64,000 nt of DNA from Acidobacteriota bacterium (GCA_003222675.1 QHWT01000072.1:29110-93109); one strand, 5' to 3'; shown: positions 1 to 10,543, counted from the first letter of the stretch. The notes: generated by a model not told the origin, from the sequence alone. Translations and numbers: made by a program.

Positions 1-1692
1 CCAGCGGTCCCTTGCGTCGTACTGCTTCGCCAGTTCGAGCCAGCTTTCCAGAGCGCCGGGCGGCGCCGATGTTTGATCCCCAACGAGGTAGGGCGGCATC
101 ATGTGACGTGGATCGCGAAGTTCGACGAGGATCTCGCGACGGACCTGCGGCGACGGATCATGCAGCAGCGCCCGTGCCGCGGCCATCACGTCTCCGTGCA
201 TCGCGAGGACGCGCAGACCGAGCACGCGAAACCGCGCATCCTGATCGCGCAAAGCGTCCCGCACCATGTCGGCGGCGTCAGCGCCCGACGCGGCGGCGAG
301 CCAGAGACTACGAGCCCTCAGGACCGGATCCACGCCCTGCCACAACGTGCGCAGCAGCGGAAGTGCGGCACGCCCCTGAGACGCCAGCCGCCAGTGCGCA
401 AGATAGAAGACGTCCTGGTTCGGCGATCGCAGCGCAGCCGTCAGTCCTTGCGAAGAGTCGAGATCGACGGCAGGCACAGCCGGTCGCGCATCGGCCGGCG
501 CGAGCCGGTAAATGCGACCGCGCGCGCCCAGGGGATCTCCCATGCCGTGGCCGCCGACACCGGGGTCGTACCAGTCCGCGATGAATACGGAACCGTCAGG
601 CGCAACCGTAACATCGGACGGCCGGAACCATGTGTCGGACGAAGAGACGAGTGGCTCCGCGCGGGTGGAGTAGCCGGCGCCGTCAGCATCGAGCAGGTAG
701 GCCGCGATGATTCTCTTGCCGGCCTCCGCGTGCAGCAGCTGTCCGCGGTATTTCTCCGGCAGCAACGTCCCTTCGTACACGATCAGCCCGCACGGTGCAC
801 CCGCACCGAGCCGGGCGATGTTCGGCACGACGCCGGGCAGCTCCGCGTGAAAGTGCGTGCCGCGATCTTCGCGCCACGTTCGATTCAGCGGTCCGCGGAA
901 CCCGTAGTTGCCCCCTTCCATCAGATAATTCAGCCGCGTCCACGCGTTGCCGTCATCGTCGTTGTCCGTCTGAAAGATTGTTCCGAAGGAGTCGAGCGCG
1001 AGCTCGTAGGGATTGCGGAAGTTCTGCGCGAGCACCTGCAGCCCGGTGCCGTCCGGATTCACGCGAAACGCCGCGCCCTGGAAGTACGATGTGGCGTCCA
1101 TGCGCACATGTGTGCCGTCCTTGCCGGTGATGTCCCACCCCTCGTTGCCTGCATTGAAGTAGTAACGGCCATCGGGACCGAAGACGACCGCGTGGACGCC
1201 ATGGTCGTGGTCCACACCCTTGAATCCCGTGAGGAGCACGTCCTTGCTGACGATGCGATCGCCGGCGTCTTTTGTGTAGACGATGATGTTGGGGCTTTGG
1301 GAGACGATCACCCTGTCGCCGAGCACGTCGATGCCGAGCGGTGATCGCAGCTCAGGGCTCTGATCGAACACCGTCACCTTGTCTGCGCGGCCATCACGAT
1401 CCGTATCGTCGAGAATGAGGATCCGATCGCCTGCAGGGCGGATGTCCGGCTCGTTGCGCAACCGGCGCCGGTAATTCACCGCCTCGAGGACCCACACCCG
1501 CCCTCGCGCATCAACGGCAATGTTCGATGGGTTGGACAACTGTGGCTCGGCGGCCCAGAGTTTTATCTCGAGCCCAGGCTCTGTCTTCAACCCTGCGACG
1601 CTGGCCTCGGGCGCCTGCTGCGCGGCGGGTCTGGCCAGCAGCAGTCCGCCGGATACGATGACCGCCACACTCAGTGCCCGCGTCCTCGTCAT
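1..1692 (-). CDS. PVC-type membrane-bound dehydrogenase-domain / HEAT-repeat protein, N-terminal 564 codons (3' end lies left of the window)
   Basis: It is not in the ORF track because it runs off the edge. My reverse-complement translation from the ATG at 1692-1690 stays open to base 1: MTRTRALSVAVIVSGGLLLARPAAQQAPEASVAGLKTEPGLEIKLWAAEPQLSNPSNIAVDARGRVWVLEAVNYRR...FQTDNDDDGNAW...ALRDQDARFRVLGLRVLAMHGD. It has a signal peptide and the same architecture as 6092..8911. Confidence 0.6.
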   Translation of the reverse strand, partial: MTRTRALSVAVIVSGGLLLARPAAQQAPEASVAGLKTEPGLEIKLWAAEPQLSNPSNIAVDARGRVWVLEAVNYRRRLRNEPDIRPAGDRILILDDTDRDGRADKVTVFDQSPELRSPLGIDVLGDRVIVSQSPNIIVYTKDAGDRIVSKDVLLTGFKGVDHDHGVHAVVFGPDGRYYFNAGNEGWDITGKDGTHVRMDATSYFQGAAFRVNPDGTGLQVLAQNFRNPYELALDSFGTIFQTDNDDDGNAWTRLNYLMEGGNYGFRGPLNRTWREDRGTHFHAELPGVVPNIARLGAGAPCGLIVYEGTLLPEKYRGQLLHAEAGKRIIAAYLLDADGAGYSTRAEPLVSSSDTWFRPSDVTVAPDGSVFIADWYDPGVGGHGMGDPLGARGRIYRLAPADARPAVPAVDLDSSQGLTAALRSPNQDVFYLAHWRLASQGRAALPLLRTLWQGVDPVLRARSLWLAAASGADAADMVRDALRDQDARFRVLGLRVLAMHGDVMAAARALLHDPSPQVRREILVELRDPRHMMPPYLVGDQTSAPPGALESWLELAKQYDARDRW

Positions 1693-1756
1693 GGTCCCTC
1701 CGCTCCGCGCTTCCACGCCGAGACGAGGAAGCGTATCATCTGCGCCCACCAGGGTT

Positions 1757-2638
1757 ATGAACCAGATTGGCATCACCACGTGGGTCTGGACCGCGCCGCT
1801 CTCGAATGAAGAGTTCCCATCGATCGCCCGGCATATCGCGGAGCTCGGATTCGATCTCGTTGAGGTGCCGGTCGAGCGCACCACCGATCTCAACTACCGG
1901 GACGCCGCCGCGGTCATCAGCGACGTGAGCCTGGCGGCGAGCGTGTGCGCGGTCATGAGCCCCAATCGCGATCTGATACATCCGGACGAGCTCGTCCGCT
2001 CGAACGGCGTCGCTTACGTGCGCCACTGCATCGACGCGGCGCACGCGCTCGGCGCGCGCAACGTGATCGGTCCAATCTACAGCGCCGTCGGGCGCTTGTG
2101 GCAGCCGACGCCTGACGAGCGCGCACGCGAGGTCGATCTGCTCGTGCGCCAGCTTCGCAGCCTCGCGCAGTACGCGACCGAGCGCGGTGTCGCTTTGTGC
2201 ATCGAGCCGCTGAACCGATTCGAGACGAGCTTCATCAACCTGGCGGAGCAGGCGATCGAGATCGTCGATCGCGTGGATCATCCGGCATGCGGTCTTCTGC
2301 TGGATACGTTCCACATGAACATCGAAGAGCGCTCAGTTGGCGAGGCGATCCGTGCCGCCGGCGCGCGGCTGCGCCACCTGCACGCGTGCGAAAACGACCG
2401 CGGGACGCCGGGCACGGGTCACGTCCCGTGGCAGGAGGTGGCTGATGCCTGCCGCGCGATCAGCTACGACGGACCGGTTGTGATTGAAACGTTCACAGAC
2501 CGCGTGAAGACGATGGCGCGTGCCGTCGCGATCTGGCGCCCGCTGGCACCCTCACCTGAGTTCCTCGCGCGCGAAGGCTTGCGCCATCTGCGGGCGCTGT
2601 TCGGGGATCTCAAGGGTGCGGCACGGTACGCGGACTGA
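1757..2638 (+). CDS. sugar phosphate isomerase/epimerase (xylose-isomerase-like TIM barrel)
   Basis: This is the ORF 1520..2638 trimmed to the ATG at 1757 (MNQIGITTWVW...). It shows family-typical motifs: LGFDLVEVP, ALCIEPLNRFETSFIN, LLLDTFHMNIEE and HLHACENDRG. Confidence 0.8.
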   Translation: MNQIGITTWVWTAPLSNEEFPSIARHIAELGFDLVEVPVERTTDLNYRDAAAVISDVSLAASVCAVMSPNRDLIHPDELVRSNGVAYVRHCIDAAHALGARNVIGPIYSAVGRLWQPTPDERAREVDLLVRQLRSLAQYATERGVALCIEPLNRFETSFINLAEQAIEIVDRVDHPACGLLLDTFHMNIEERSVGEAIRAAGARLRHLHACENDRGTPGTGHVPWQEVADACRAISYDGPVVIETFTDRVKTMARAVAIWRPLAPSPEFLAREGLRHLRALFGDLKGAARYAD

Positions 2639-2639
2639 T

Positions 2640-2867
2640 GCGGGAGAGTACGTTTGTCCACGTACGATTCACGCAGAGCGCGCCAAGGCCGCAGAGAGAA
2701 GACAGACGAAGATCTCGACCACGGAATCACACTGATTAACACGGATCAGAGGATTATCACGAACAGCGGCGTGCTGTGCGGAGAAGACAATTGAAGAAGC
2801 GGCTGCCGGTCACCTGCTACGTGCGACTCACGCAACCGCGGCAATCCGGGTTAGCGTGAGCCGCGGC
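2640..2867. repeat. intergenic REP-like element (TCACGCAGAG / GACAATTGAAGAA family, copy A)
   Basis: It shares GTCCACGTACGATTCACGCAGAG (2657-2679) and GACAATTGAAGAAGCGGCTGCC (2786-2807) with 36427-36449 and 36472-36493. It ends in a TCACGC...GCGTGA hairpin that abuts the stop of the TonB receptor gene. Confidence 0.55.
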
Positions 2868-5800
2868 TCAAAACGCGAATCGCGCGGCCAGCTGCAATTG
2901 ACGCGGCGGGTAGGCCGCGAGGGCCTGACCGAACGTCACACGATCGACGAAGCTGTCCGGCAGCTGATAGTTCTTCCGATTCAGCGCATTGAACACTTCC
3001 AGACGCACCGTCAGCAGTCGGCGCTCGCCGGCCCGAATCCTGCGGCTCACCATGGCATCGAGCGTCGCGTAGGCCGGGCCCGTGAGACTGTCGCGGCCGG
3101 CATTGCCGAACGTGTACTGCGGCGCGATTGCCAGAACACGTCCGTCGTAGGTGACGGTGCGGGTACCGGCCGGAGGGATCCCCTGGACGACGTTCGGTCG
3201 ATCATAGGCGAACGTCCCTCCGCCGACGTTGCCCGTGTTGCTGTTGTCGAAGCTCACGCGTGGCGTGAAGGGACGACCGGATTGAGCAGTGAAGACCGCA
3301 CTGGCCTGCCAGTCGCGCGCAAACAGCCGATGCGCCCGCGGCGACGATTGGATCGTGCCCGTGAGCACGACCCGTTGCCGCACGTCGAAGTCGGACGGCC
3401 CCCACTCGGCGGCAAGGTCGCGGCTGTTCTGCGGTGTGTTGTCGTCGCCATCGGTCGCGAGGAATGCGGACGCATCATCCATCGAACGCCCGAGCGTATA
3501 CGCCGCACGAAATGAGACGCCACGCGCGGGACGCCGGACGGCGCCAAGCTCCAGCGCCCGGTACGTCGATGACCCGTGGGACTCGACGAGCAGCACGTCG
3601 CCAAGCCCCTGGAGTGGACGGCGGGGGTCGAGCGGGCCCGGACCGGGCGACGGCTGATTGAGATTCCGCTTTCGCACCAGATCGAAGCCGTACGCCGTTA
3701 CGTAGCGAGCTGTCATCGTGGTGCCTGCGACGGTGCCTTCCAGTCCGACGGTGCCCTGCTGGGAGTAGCCGGTCCGCATATCAGGATCGAGCGTGTTGAT
3801 CGTCGCGCGCGGTGAGAACCCGCGTCCGGCGGGAAACGGATTCGAGAGCGACAGCGGCTGTGCGCCGGGGAAGAACAGCTGCAGCGAGAAGAACGGCGGG
3901 TTGAAGTACAGGGCAGAATTCTCGATGAGCGTTCCTGAATCGTAGAAGATGCCGTAGCCGCCGCGCAGGAGCCAGCGTCCGCTTCCGGTCAGATCCCAGC
4001 TCACGCCCACTCGCGGCGCGACGTCGTTGTCGTCGGCGTGCAGCCCCGATCGCGACACACCATCGGCACCAACTTGCCGCAGCTGCAGCGTCGTCAGATC
4101 GAAGATGCGCATCCGATCGTCTGCATCGTAGGGACGCGCGTTGAACTCGTAGCGGAGGCCCGCGTTCACCGTCAGCCTCGCCGTGACGCGCCAGTCGTCC
4201 TGCATGAAGCTGTGCACGGACCACGTCCTCAGCGCCTGTCGATTGTCGTTGACACCGAGCAGTGTGAGCGAGGGCAGGCCGAGCAGCAGATCGGCAAGGG
4301 GCTGACCGGTGAAGAGGCCCTGGAACGTCGCCTGGCCGCGCGCGAACAAATGGTTGTAGCCGTCGGAGCGATACGCGCGGAACTCGCCGCCGGCCTTGAC
4401 GTGATGGCGACCACGATCGAACGTGAGCGCGTCCGACAGGTGCGTCGTCCACGTGCGGCGGACGACAGGGAGGTTTGGATCGTCGCCGATCGTTTCGAAT
4501 CCGGGTACGACGAGCGTTGGAAAACCGAGATCGGCACCGTCCAGTTGCGGCGCCCCGATGCCGAGCGATGCGAAGCCGTTCGTGCCGGCGCTCTGGGGAA
4601 GGTTTTCGCGCCTCAGCGCATTCACGCCGATACGAAGCTCGTTGAAGATCCGCGCGTTCAGCGCCTTCGTCAGGCCGAGCGCGGCGTTCTGTCCCTGGTC
4701 GAGGACGGAGATGCCGAACCCGGGCAGGTTGCGGCCCCGCACCGGGAACGGTTGATCGCGATTGTCACGACTGAAGCTATACCGGAACATCAGCGGGCTG
4801 CCGCGCCACACCGTGTGATCCGTTTTGATGGTGAACTGGAACGCGCGGCGATCTGCGAGCGGCGACGCGACGAAGTTCGTCTGCGGGTCCGCACTGTCTG
4901 GAGCGGGATAAAGATTCGCCGCCGCCGTACCTGCGGCGTTCAGCCGTGACGAGGGAATCACGTTGCCGGGAAATGGCTGGCCCGTGAACGGATCGCGAAT
5001 CGTCACGCCAGACGCGCTGAAGTCTCCTGCGCGTTCAGCGGTCGTCGGGACGTGCGCCAGGCGCGTGTCCGCCTCCTGGCCATCGATCGCCTCGGCATTG
5101 AAGAAGTAGAACGAGCGCGACAGCCACAGCGGCCCGCCGACGGTGCCGCCGAGCTGGTGACGCTGCAGGAGCGGTTTCGCGCCGTCCCCGCGATCGAGCG
5201 CATTGCGCGCGTCGAGCGCCGAGTCGCGAAAAAATTCGTACGCGGATCCGTGCAGCGTTCGCGTCCCCGACTTCAGCACCATGTTCAACTGCGCACCGGC
5301 GCTGCGGCCGTACTCCGCGTCGTACGTGTTCTGCAGGAGTGCGAATTCCTGGATGGCGTCGAGGCTTGGATTGATGACGAGACGATTGAGGAACTGATCG
5401 TTGTTGTCGACGCCGTCGAGCAGATAGTTGTTCGCCGCTTCACGGGCGCCCGCGCTGTTCACCCCGGTGTTGCCCTGCGTCGATAATCTCGACCCGGGAG
5501 CCGGCGGCGCCATCCCTGGCACCTCCGTCGCAAAGGCGAGCGCTTCGCGTTCCGACACGGGCAGCGTCAGCAGCGTGTCTGAATCAAACACGGCGCCGAC
5601 TGCGCTGTTGCCGATGCGGAGCGTCGAGGCATCCGCCTGGACGACGACCTGTTCGGTATAGTCGCCAGGCTTGAGCACGAGCGTCATCGTTGCGCGCGCG
5701 GCCGCTTCGATCCGGATGTCGCGGACCACTTCCGTCTTGAATCCGCCGCGGACGCCCGTCAGCGTGTACGCTCCGGGCGCGAGCCGCACGATCCACACGG

Positions 5801-6011
5801 TCCCGTCCTCGACGGTCGTGCCGATGCGTTCCACTCCTGTTTCCACGCTCGTCAGTCGCACGACCGTGCCCTGCACCGGGGCTCCAGTCTGGTCGCGCAC
5901 CTCGACCAGTAGTGTCGCACCCGCGGTCTGGCCGAACGCCATGACAGGCCAGCCGGCCATCCCGGCAACCATGACGAGCAGAAATGCGACCAGGACTCGA
6001 CCCTTCATCAC
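2868..6011 (-). CDS. TonB-dependent receptor with N-terminal carboxypeptidase-regulatory-like domain
   Basis: A 1047-aa ORF with a signal peptide. It has a CarboxypepD_reg-like N-terminus (TLLVEVRDQTGAPVQGTVVRLTSVETG), a plug, and a long beta-barrel that ends in aromatic ...QLQLAARFAF. Confidence 0.85.
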   Translation of the reverse strand: MMKGRVLVAFLLVMVAGMAGWPVMAFGQTAGATLLVEVRDQTGAPVQGTVVRLTSVETGVERIGTTVEDGTVWIVRLAPGAYTLTGVRGGFKTEVVRDIRIEAAARATMTLVLKPGDYTEQVVVQADASTLRIGNSAVGAVFDSDTLLTLPVSEREALAFATEVPGMAPPAPGSRLSTQGNTGVNSAGAREAANNYLLDGVDNNDQFLNRLVINPSLDAIQEFALLQNTYDAEYGRSAGAQLNMVLKSGTRTLHGSAYEFFRDSALDARNALDRGDGAKPLLQRHQLGGTVGGPLWLSRSFYFFNAEAIDGQEADTRLAHVPTTAERAGDFSASGVTIRDPFTGQPFPGNVIPSSRLNAAGTAAANLYPAPDSADPQTNFVASPLADRRAFQFTIKTDHTVWRGSPLMFRYSFSRDNRDQPFPVRGRNLPGFGISVLDQGQNAALGLTKALNARIFNELRIGVNALRRENLPQSAGTNGFASLGIGAPQLDGADLGFPTLVVPGFETIGDDPNLPVVRRTWTTHLSDALTFDRGRHHVKAGGEFRAYRSDGYNHLFARGQATFQGLFTGQPLADLLLGLPSLTLLGVNDNRQALRTWSVHSFMQDDWRVTARLTVNAGLRYEFNARPYDADDRMRIFDLTTLQLRQVGADGVSRSGLHADDNDVAPRVGVSWDLTGSGRWLLRGGYGIFYDSGTLIENSALYFNPPFFSLQLFFPGAQPLSLSNPFPAGRGFSPRATINTLDPDMRTGYSQQGTVGLEGTVAGTTMTARYVTAYGFDLVRKRNLNQPSPGPGPLDPRRPLQGLGDVLLVESHGSSTYRALELGAVRRPARGVSFRAAYTLGRSMDDASAFLATDGDDNTPQNSRDLAAEWGPSDFDVRQRVVLTGTIQSSPRAHRLFARDWQASAVFTAQSGRPFTPRVSFDNSNTGNVGGGTFAYDRPNVVQGIPPAGTRTVTYDGRVLAIAPQYTFGNAGRDSLTGPAYATLDAMVSRRIRAGERRLLTVRLEVFNALNRKNYQLPDSFVDRVTFGQALAAYPPRQLQLAARFAF

Positions 6012-6091
6012 TGAGAAGTTACACGATCAGCCAGGCGTCGAGGAACCCCATCGTTGACACTATCTTTGACACCGCCTAAGGTGAGCCCGGC

Positions 6092-8911
6092 ATGAAGCCG
6101 ATTGCAACCCGCGCGTGGGTCGTCGCCGCGGCGGCCATGTTCTCGAGCGTATTCGCCGCCACTCAACCAAGAGTGCCGGCGGACCTGAAGGCCCGCCCTA
6201 GATCTGTAGGCCGGGTCTTCAGACCCGGCGATCACGCCGACGCGCAAGCGCCGCAACAATCACCAGCGGTCGACGAAGCGGGTGATTTTCTCAAGCGACC
6301 GCCCGTCGTCCGTCAAGAGCCCGCGGTGCAGCAGAAATTGTTCCTCCTGCCGCCTGGCTACAACATCGAGCTCGTCCTGAGCGATCCGGAGATTCAGGAT
6401 CCCGTTGGCGTCACGTTCGACGGAAACGGCCGGATGTACGTCCTCGAGATGCGTTCGTACATGCAGGACGCCGACGGATCGGGATCGCGACAACCGATCA
6501 GCCGCATTTCGCGTCACGAGGACACCGACGGTGACGGCGTCTACGACAAGCACACGGTGTTCGCGGACAAGATGGTGATGCCGCGCATCGCCTTTCCGCT
6601 CGGCGACGGCGTCATTCTCGGCCTCGAAACCGACAATCGCGATCTCTACAAGTACACCGACAGCGACGGCGACGGCATCGCCGACAAGAAGGAGCTGTTC
6701 TATCCGGGCTTCGGGCGCGTCACGAACATGGAGTGGCAGCCGGGCGGACTCACGTGGGCACTCGATAACTGGCTGTATTCGACCTACAACCCGTTCCGGC
6801 TTCGTATCGCGCCCAGCGGCAAGGTGCTGCGCGAAGAGACGGAGGCGAACGGCGGCCAGTGGTGGTCGGCGCAGGACAACTACGGCAAGGTGTGGTGGGT
6901 TGACGGCGGCGGCGAGATTGGCCCGGTGAATTTCCAGACGCCGATCGTCTATGGGGCGTTCAATGTTCCAGACAACTTCGAGCCCGAGTTCCAGGTGCCA
7001 TGGCCGGCGCCCGGCGGAATCTCCGACATGCAGGGCGGACTGCGCCGCCTCCGCCTTCCGGACGGCACGCTGAACCATTTCACTGCGGCGTCGGGCGTGG
7101 AAATCTATCGCGGCGATCGGCTGCCGCCGGATGCGATCGGGGATCTCTTCTTCAACGAACCAGTCGGCCGCATCGTCCGACGCGCGAAGATCGTGGTGAC
7201 GGAAGGACTCACGCAGCTGCGAAACGCGTACGCCAGATCAGAGTTCGTTCGATCGACCGATCCGCTCTTCAGGCCGGTCAGCATTTCGAATGCGCCGGAC
7301 GGCTCGTTGTACCTCGTCGACATGTACACGGGCATTATCCAGGACGCGCAGTGGGCCGGTCCGGGGACGTACCTTCGGAGAAAGATCGAGCAGTACGATC
7401 TCGACAAGCAGCACAACTGGGGACGGATCTGGCGGATTAGTTACGAGGGGATGCCGCTGGATCGCGGGCTGCCGCGCATGTATCAGGAGACGCCGGCGCA
7501 GCTCGTCGACCATCTGGAGCACCCGAACGGCTGGTGGCGCGATACCGCGCAGAAGCTGCTGGTTCTTCGTCAGGACAAGAGCGTGGTGCCTGCGCTGCGC
7601 ACCATGGCTCGCGCATCGGCCAACCATCTCGCGCGGATTCATGCCGTGTGGACGCTCGAAGGGCTTGATGCTCTCGATGCCGGTCTGGCACGGGAGTTCA
7701 TGAAGAGTCCCGATCCGCAGCTTCGCATCCAGGGCATCCGCGCGAGCGAGTCGCTCTACAAGGCGACACCCGGCGACAAGTCATTCGCAGCTGACTACCG
7801 CGCGATGACCCAGGATCCCGATCCCGGCGTGGTCATCCAGGCGATGTTGACGATGAATCTCCAGAGGATTCCGGATGCGCGGTCGCTGATTCGGACGATC
7901 GCCGACAGTAGCTCAGTGCGTGGTGTCAAGGAGATCGGCAGTCAATTGCTGCAGCCCCGTCAATCGCAGGGGCAGGGTCCCGCGTTGTCCGACACGGGAG
8001 CCGGCACGGTCAATTTCACAGTGGAGCAGCGCCGCTCGCGTCAGCGTGGCGAGACCATCTACAAGGAGCTGTGCGGCACGTGCCATGGGTCCGACGCGAA
8101 AGGAGCGCCGATGGCGGGGGCGGAGGGTGTCGCGATGGCGCCCGCGCTCGCAGGATCGCCACACGTGCAGGCGCATCGCGACTACGTCATCAAAGTGCTC
8201 CTCAACGGGCTCATGGGACCGATCGACGGCAAGGAGTATCCCGGGGGCGTGATGGTGCCGATGGGAACGAACACGGATGAATGGGTGGCGGACATCGCCA
8301 CGTACATCCGGAGCGGCTTCGGCAACGCTGCTGCACCGGTAACCGCCGACCAGGTGGCCGCGGTCCGGAAGGAATCGGCACGAACGACGCCGTGGACGTT
8401 CGCGGAGCTGGAGCCGCACATACCCGCGTTGCTCGCCAACACGTCCGCATGGAAGGTCAGCGCGAGCCACAACACCGAGGCGGCGGCAAACGTCCTTGGC
8501 AACGTGGGGCGCTGGGACACCGGTGCGCCGCAGCAACCGGGCATGTGGTTCGAGATCGAACTGCCGAACGACGTCACGGTTTCTGAACTGCAGATCGACA
8601 GCACCGTTCGCGGTCGGCCGTTATTTCCACCGGGCGGCGGCCGCGGCGCCGGCGCGACAGGTCGCGGCCGTGGCCGCGGCGCGTTTCTTCGAGCGATCGG
8701 CCCCGTGTCCTATTCCGTGCAGGTGTCTTCAGACGGGAGCTCGTGGGGACCGCCAGTTGCGCAGGGAGACGGTCAGACGCCGACCACCACCATTTCGTTC
8801 GAGCCGGTGCGCGCGAAGTTCATCCGCGTCACCCAGACCGGCACGGCAGAAAACGGCGAGGCCTGGGGCATTCAACAAGTCCGCATCTACGCGCTGCCCT
8901 CTCGATCCTGA
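6092..8911 (+). CDS. membrane-bound dehydrogenase-domain protein with HEAT repeats, c-type haem site and C-terminal F5/8 type C (discoidin)-like domain
   Basis: A 939-aa uninterrupted ORF. It contains LPPGYNIELVLSDPEIQDPVGVTFDGNGRMYVLEM, the haem motif CGTCHG, and a C-terminal WFEIELPNDVTVSELQIDS...IRVTQTG stretch. Confidence 0.8.
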   Translation: MKPIATRAWVVAAAAMFSSVFAATQPRVPADLKARPRSVGRVFRPGDHADAQAPQQSPAVDEAGDFLKRPPVVRQEPAVQQKLFLLPPGYNIELVLSDPEIQDPVGVTFDGNGRMYVLEMRSYMQDADGSGSRQPISRISRHEDTDGDGVYDKHTVFADKMVMPRIAFPLGDGVILGLETDNRDLYKYTDSDGDGIADKKELFYPGFGRVTNMEWQPGGLTWALDNWLYSTYNPFRLRIAPSGKVLREETEANGGQWWSAQDNYGKVWWVDGGGEIGPVNFQTPIVYGAFNVPDNFEPEFQVPWPAPGGISDMQGGLRRLRLPDGTLNHFTAASGVEIYRGDRLPPDAIGDLFFNEPVGRIVRRAKIVVTEGLTQLRNAYARSEFVRSTDPLFRPVSISNAPDGSLYLVDMYTGIIQDAQWAGPGTYLRRKIEQYDLDKQHNWGRIWRISYEGMPLDRGLPRMYQETPAQLVDHLEHPNGWWRDTAQKLLVLRQDKSVVPALRTMARASANHLARIHAVWTLEGLDALDAGLAREFMKSPDPQLRIQGIRASESLYKATPGDKSFAADYRAMTQDPDPGVVIQAMLTMNLQRIPDARSLIRTIADSSSVRGVKEIGSQLLQPRQSQGQGPALSDTGAGTVNFTVEQRRSRQRGETIYKELCGTCHGSDAKGAPMAGAEGVAMAPALAGSPHVQAHRDYVIKVLLNGLMGPIDGKEYPGGVMVPMGTNTDEWVADIATYIRSGFGNAAAPVTADQVAAVRKESARTTPWTFAELEPHIPALLANTSAWKVSASHNTEAAANVLGNVGRWDTGAPQQPGMWFEIELPNDVTVSELQIDSTVRGRPLFPPGGGRGAGATGRGRGRGAFLRAIGPVSYSVQVSSDGSSWGPPVAQGDGQTPTTTISFEPVRAKFIRVTQTGTAENGEAWGIQQVRIYALPSRS

Positions 8912-9038
8912 TTCCGGTCGTCCGTTTGCGCGGGAACTCGAATCGAGGATAGACTCGCGCGCGATCGACGGAATGAAATCGGCAAGATCCATGTGATCCG
9001 CGGTCACCGATCGCGCGCGCTTTTATCCCAGGAGTCCG

Positions 9039-10376
9039 TTGATGAAGAGCAGGCGCACGTTCCTGAAGAGGTCCGCCGCCGCCGTTGCCGTCACCGCAGC
9101 AAGACCGTTGTTCGCCTGGCAAGGATCCAACGATCGCATCCGCATGGCCGTCATCGGATGCGGGAACAGATCGGGACGCGTGTTCGATTCGTTCGCCCGC
9201 AGTGGACACGCGGACTGCCAGTTCGTCGCAGCGTGCGAAGTGAACAAGGCGAAGCTCGATCAATGGATGACGCCCGAGCGTCAGACGTTCAAACTGGAGA
9301 CACTCGTCGACTACCGCCGGATTCTGGACAGAAAAGACGTTGACGCCGTCCTGATTGCGACACCGGATCATTCGCACAGCAGGATCATGGTCGATGCGAT
9401 GGCCGCCGGTAAGGACGTCTACTGCGAGAAGCCCGCCTCGAATACGATCCCGCGCATCAACGCGATGCTCGACGCGTACCGCAAGGGCAGGCAGGTCGTG
9501 CAGATCGGGACGCATCAGCGGAGCTGGGATCATTTCGCCGAGGCAAAACAAATCATCGACGCCGGCACGCTCGGCAACATCACTCACGTGATCGTCGTGC
9601 AGCCGGGAACCTACGCACGAGCGAAGGAGCCGGAACAGCCCGTGCCGGCCGGCCTCGATTGGGATCTCTGGCAGCTCGATGCGCCGAAGCGGCCGTTCAA
9701 GCCGACGCGCCTTGGTTTCCGTGCGTGGTACGCGTACGGCAGCGGCCTCGTCGGCGATTGGGGCGCGCATCATGTCGACATCGCCCACTGGTTCATGAAC
9801 GCTGACAACAGGGTTCCGCTCCGGACATCGGCAATGGGTGCATTCCTCGCCGTGCCCGACGCGGATCCCGAGATGGTGCCGAGCCGTCCTTCCTCAATCA
9901 ACTCGTGCGCGTATGCAATAGCGGGAACGCGGCGGTAGTTGAACCACACCATCGTGCGGCGGCCGCGCGCGGCGTCAACCATCGCTTCCGCCTCGGGGAG
10001 TGACAACGCTCCGCACGTGATCCGAAAGCAGGGGCCGCCACCACCGCCGACGGCCGGCGGCGTAACGCTCGGCGCCGGCGGCGCAGCGATTGCGTCCGGC
10101 GCGCCGGGAGGGGGAGGCGGACGCGGCGGCCGCGGAAACCAACCGCCGATCGACGCAAAGATGTACGTGAATCCACGCGGTGGCGTCGAGGAGGATTACC
10201 CGCTCGACGTGCACACGCGGAATTTCCTCGACTGCGTGAAATCGCGGCGCAAGCCGAACGCGGACATGGAAATCGGCTATCACTCGGCGCTGCCGTGCCT
10301 GCTCGCGCTCGAATCGCTCCAGCAGGGCAAGCCGCTCGGGTGGGACTCTGATTCACGGAAGAGCACAATTCTCTAG
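9039..10376 (+). pseudogene. Gfo/Idh/MocA-family oxidoreductase with Tat signal, interrupted by the left copy of a 139-bp inverted repeat (stop at 9936)
   Basis: ORFs 9039..9938 and 9939..10376 are in the same frame. The N-terminus is MMKSRRTFLKRSAAAVAV...IRMAVIGCGNRSG...YCEKP. The family C-terminus YPLDVHTRNFLDCVKSRRKPNADMEIGYHSALPCLLALESL resumes after 10010. The combined length of 446 codons is typical for the family. Confidence 0.7.
9871..10009. repeat. left copy of a perfect 139-bp inverted repeat
   Basis: A base-by-base comparison shows 9871-10009 is the exact reverse complement of 10865-11003. The match breaks at both ends. The ORF 9770..10006(-) repeats the peptide LSLPEAEAMVDAARGRRTMVWFNYRRVPAIAYAHELIEEGRLGTI from gene 10544..11644. 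Confidence 0.9.
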
Positions 10377-10543
10377 CGGGCGAATCGCCCATCCCTGATC
10401 TCTGATCTGGGATCCCTGACCCTCGATCCATATCGCTGATCTCGATCATCGATGCTGGATCAGTGATCGTCGATCCCCGATCATCGATTTTGGATCGTGG
10501 ATTGTCGATTGGCGATTAGGGATGTCGGATCAGGGATCTAGGG
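10377..10543. repeat. GATC-dense low-complexity intergenic spacer
   Basis: I count 13 GATC tetramers by eye in about 165 nt (CTGATCTCTGATCTGGGATCC...GGATCAGTGATCGTCGATCCCCGATCATCGATTTTGGATCG...GGATCAGGGATCTAGG). It lies between the two Gfo/Idh/MocA genes and inside the 139-bp inverted-repeat pair. Confidence 0.7.

Noticed and set aside
73-1344. A 423-aa plus-strand ORF at the left edge.
   Set aside because: It is the antisense shadow of the real minus-strand dehydrogenase-domain gene (1-1692). Its peptide is Arg/Pro/His-rich with no recognisable motif, while the opposite strand translates to a coherent secreted protein.
10377-10543. The GATC cluster interpreted as a replication origin.
   Set aside because: There is no dnaA, dnaN or gidA nearby, and I found no convincing TTATCCACA DnaA boxes, only a weak GTGGAT fragment. 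The sequence looks like a member of the local low-complexity repeat families.
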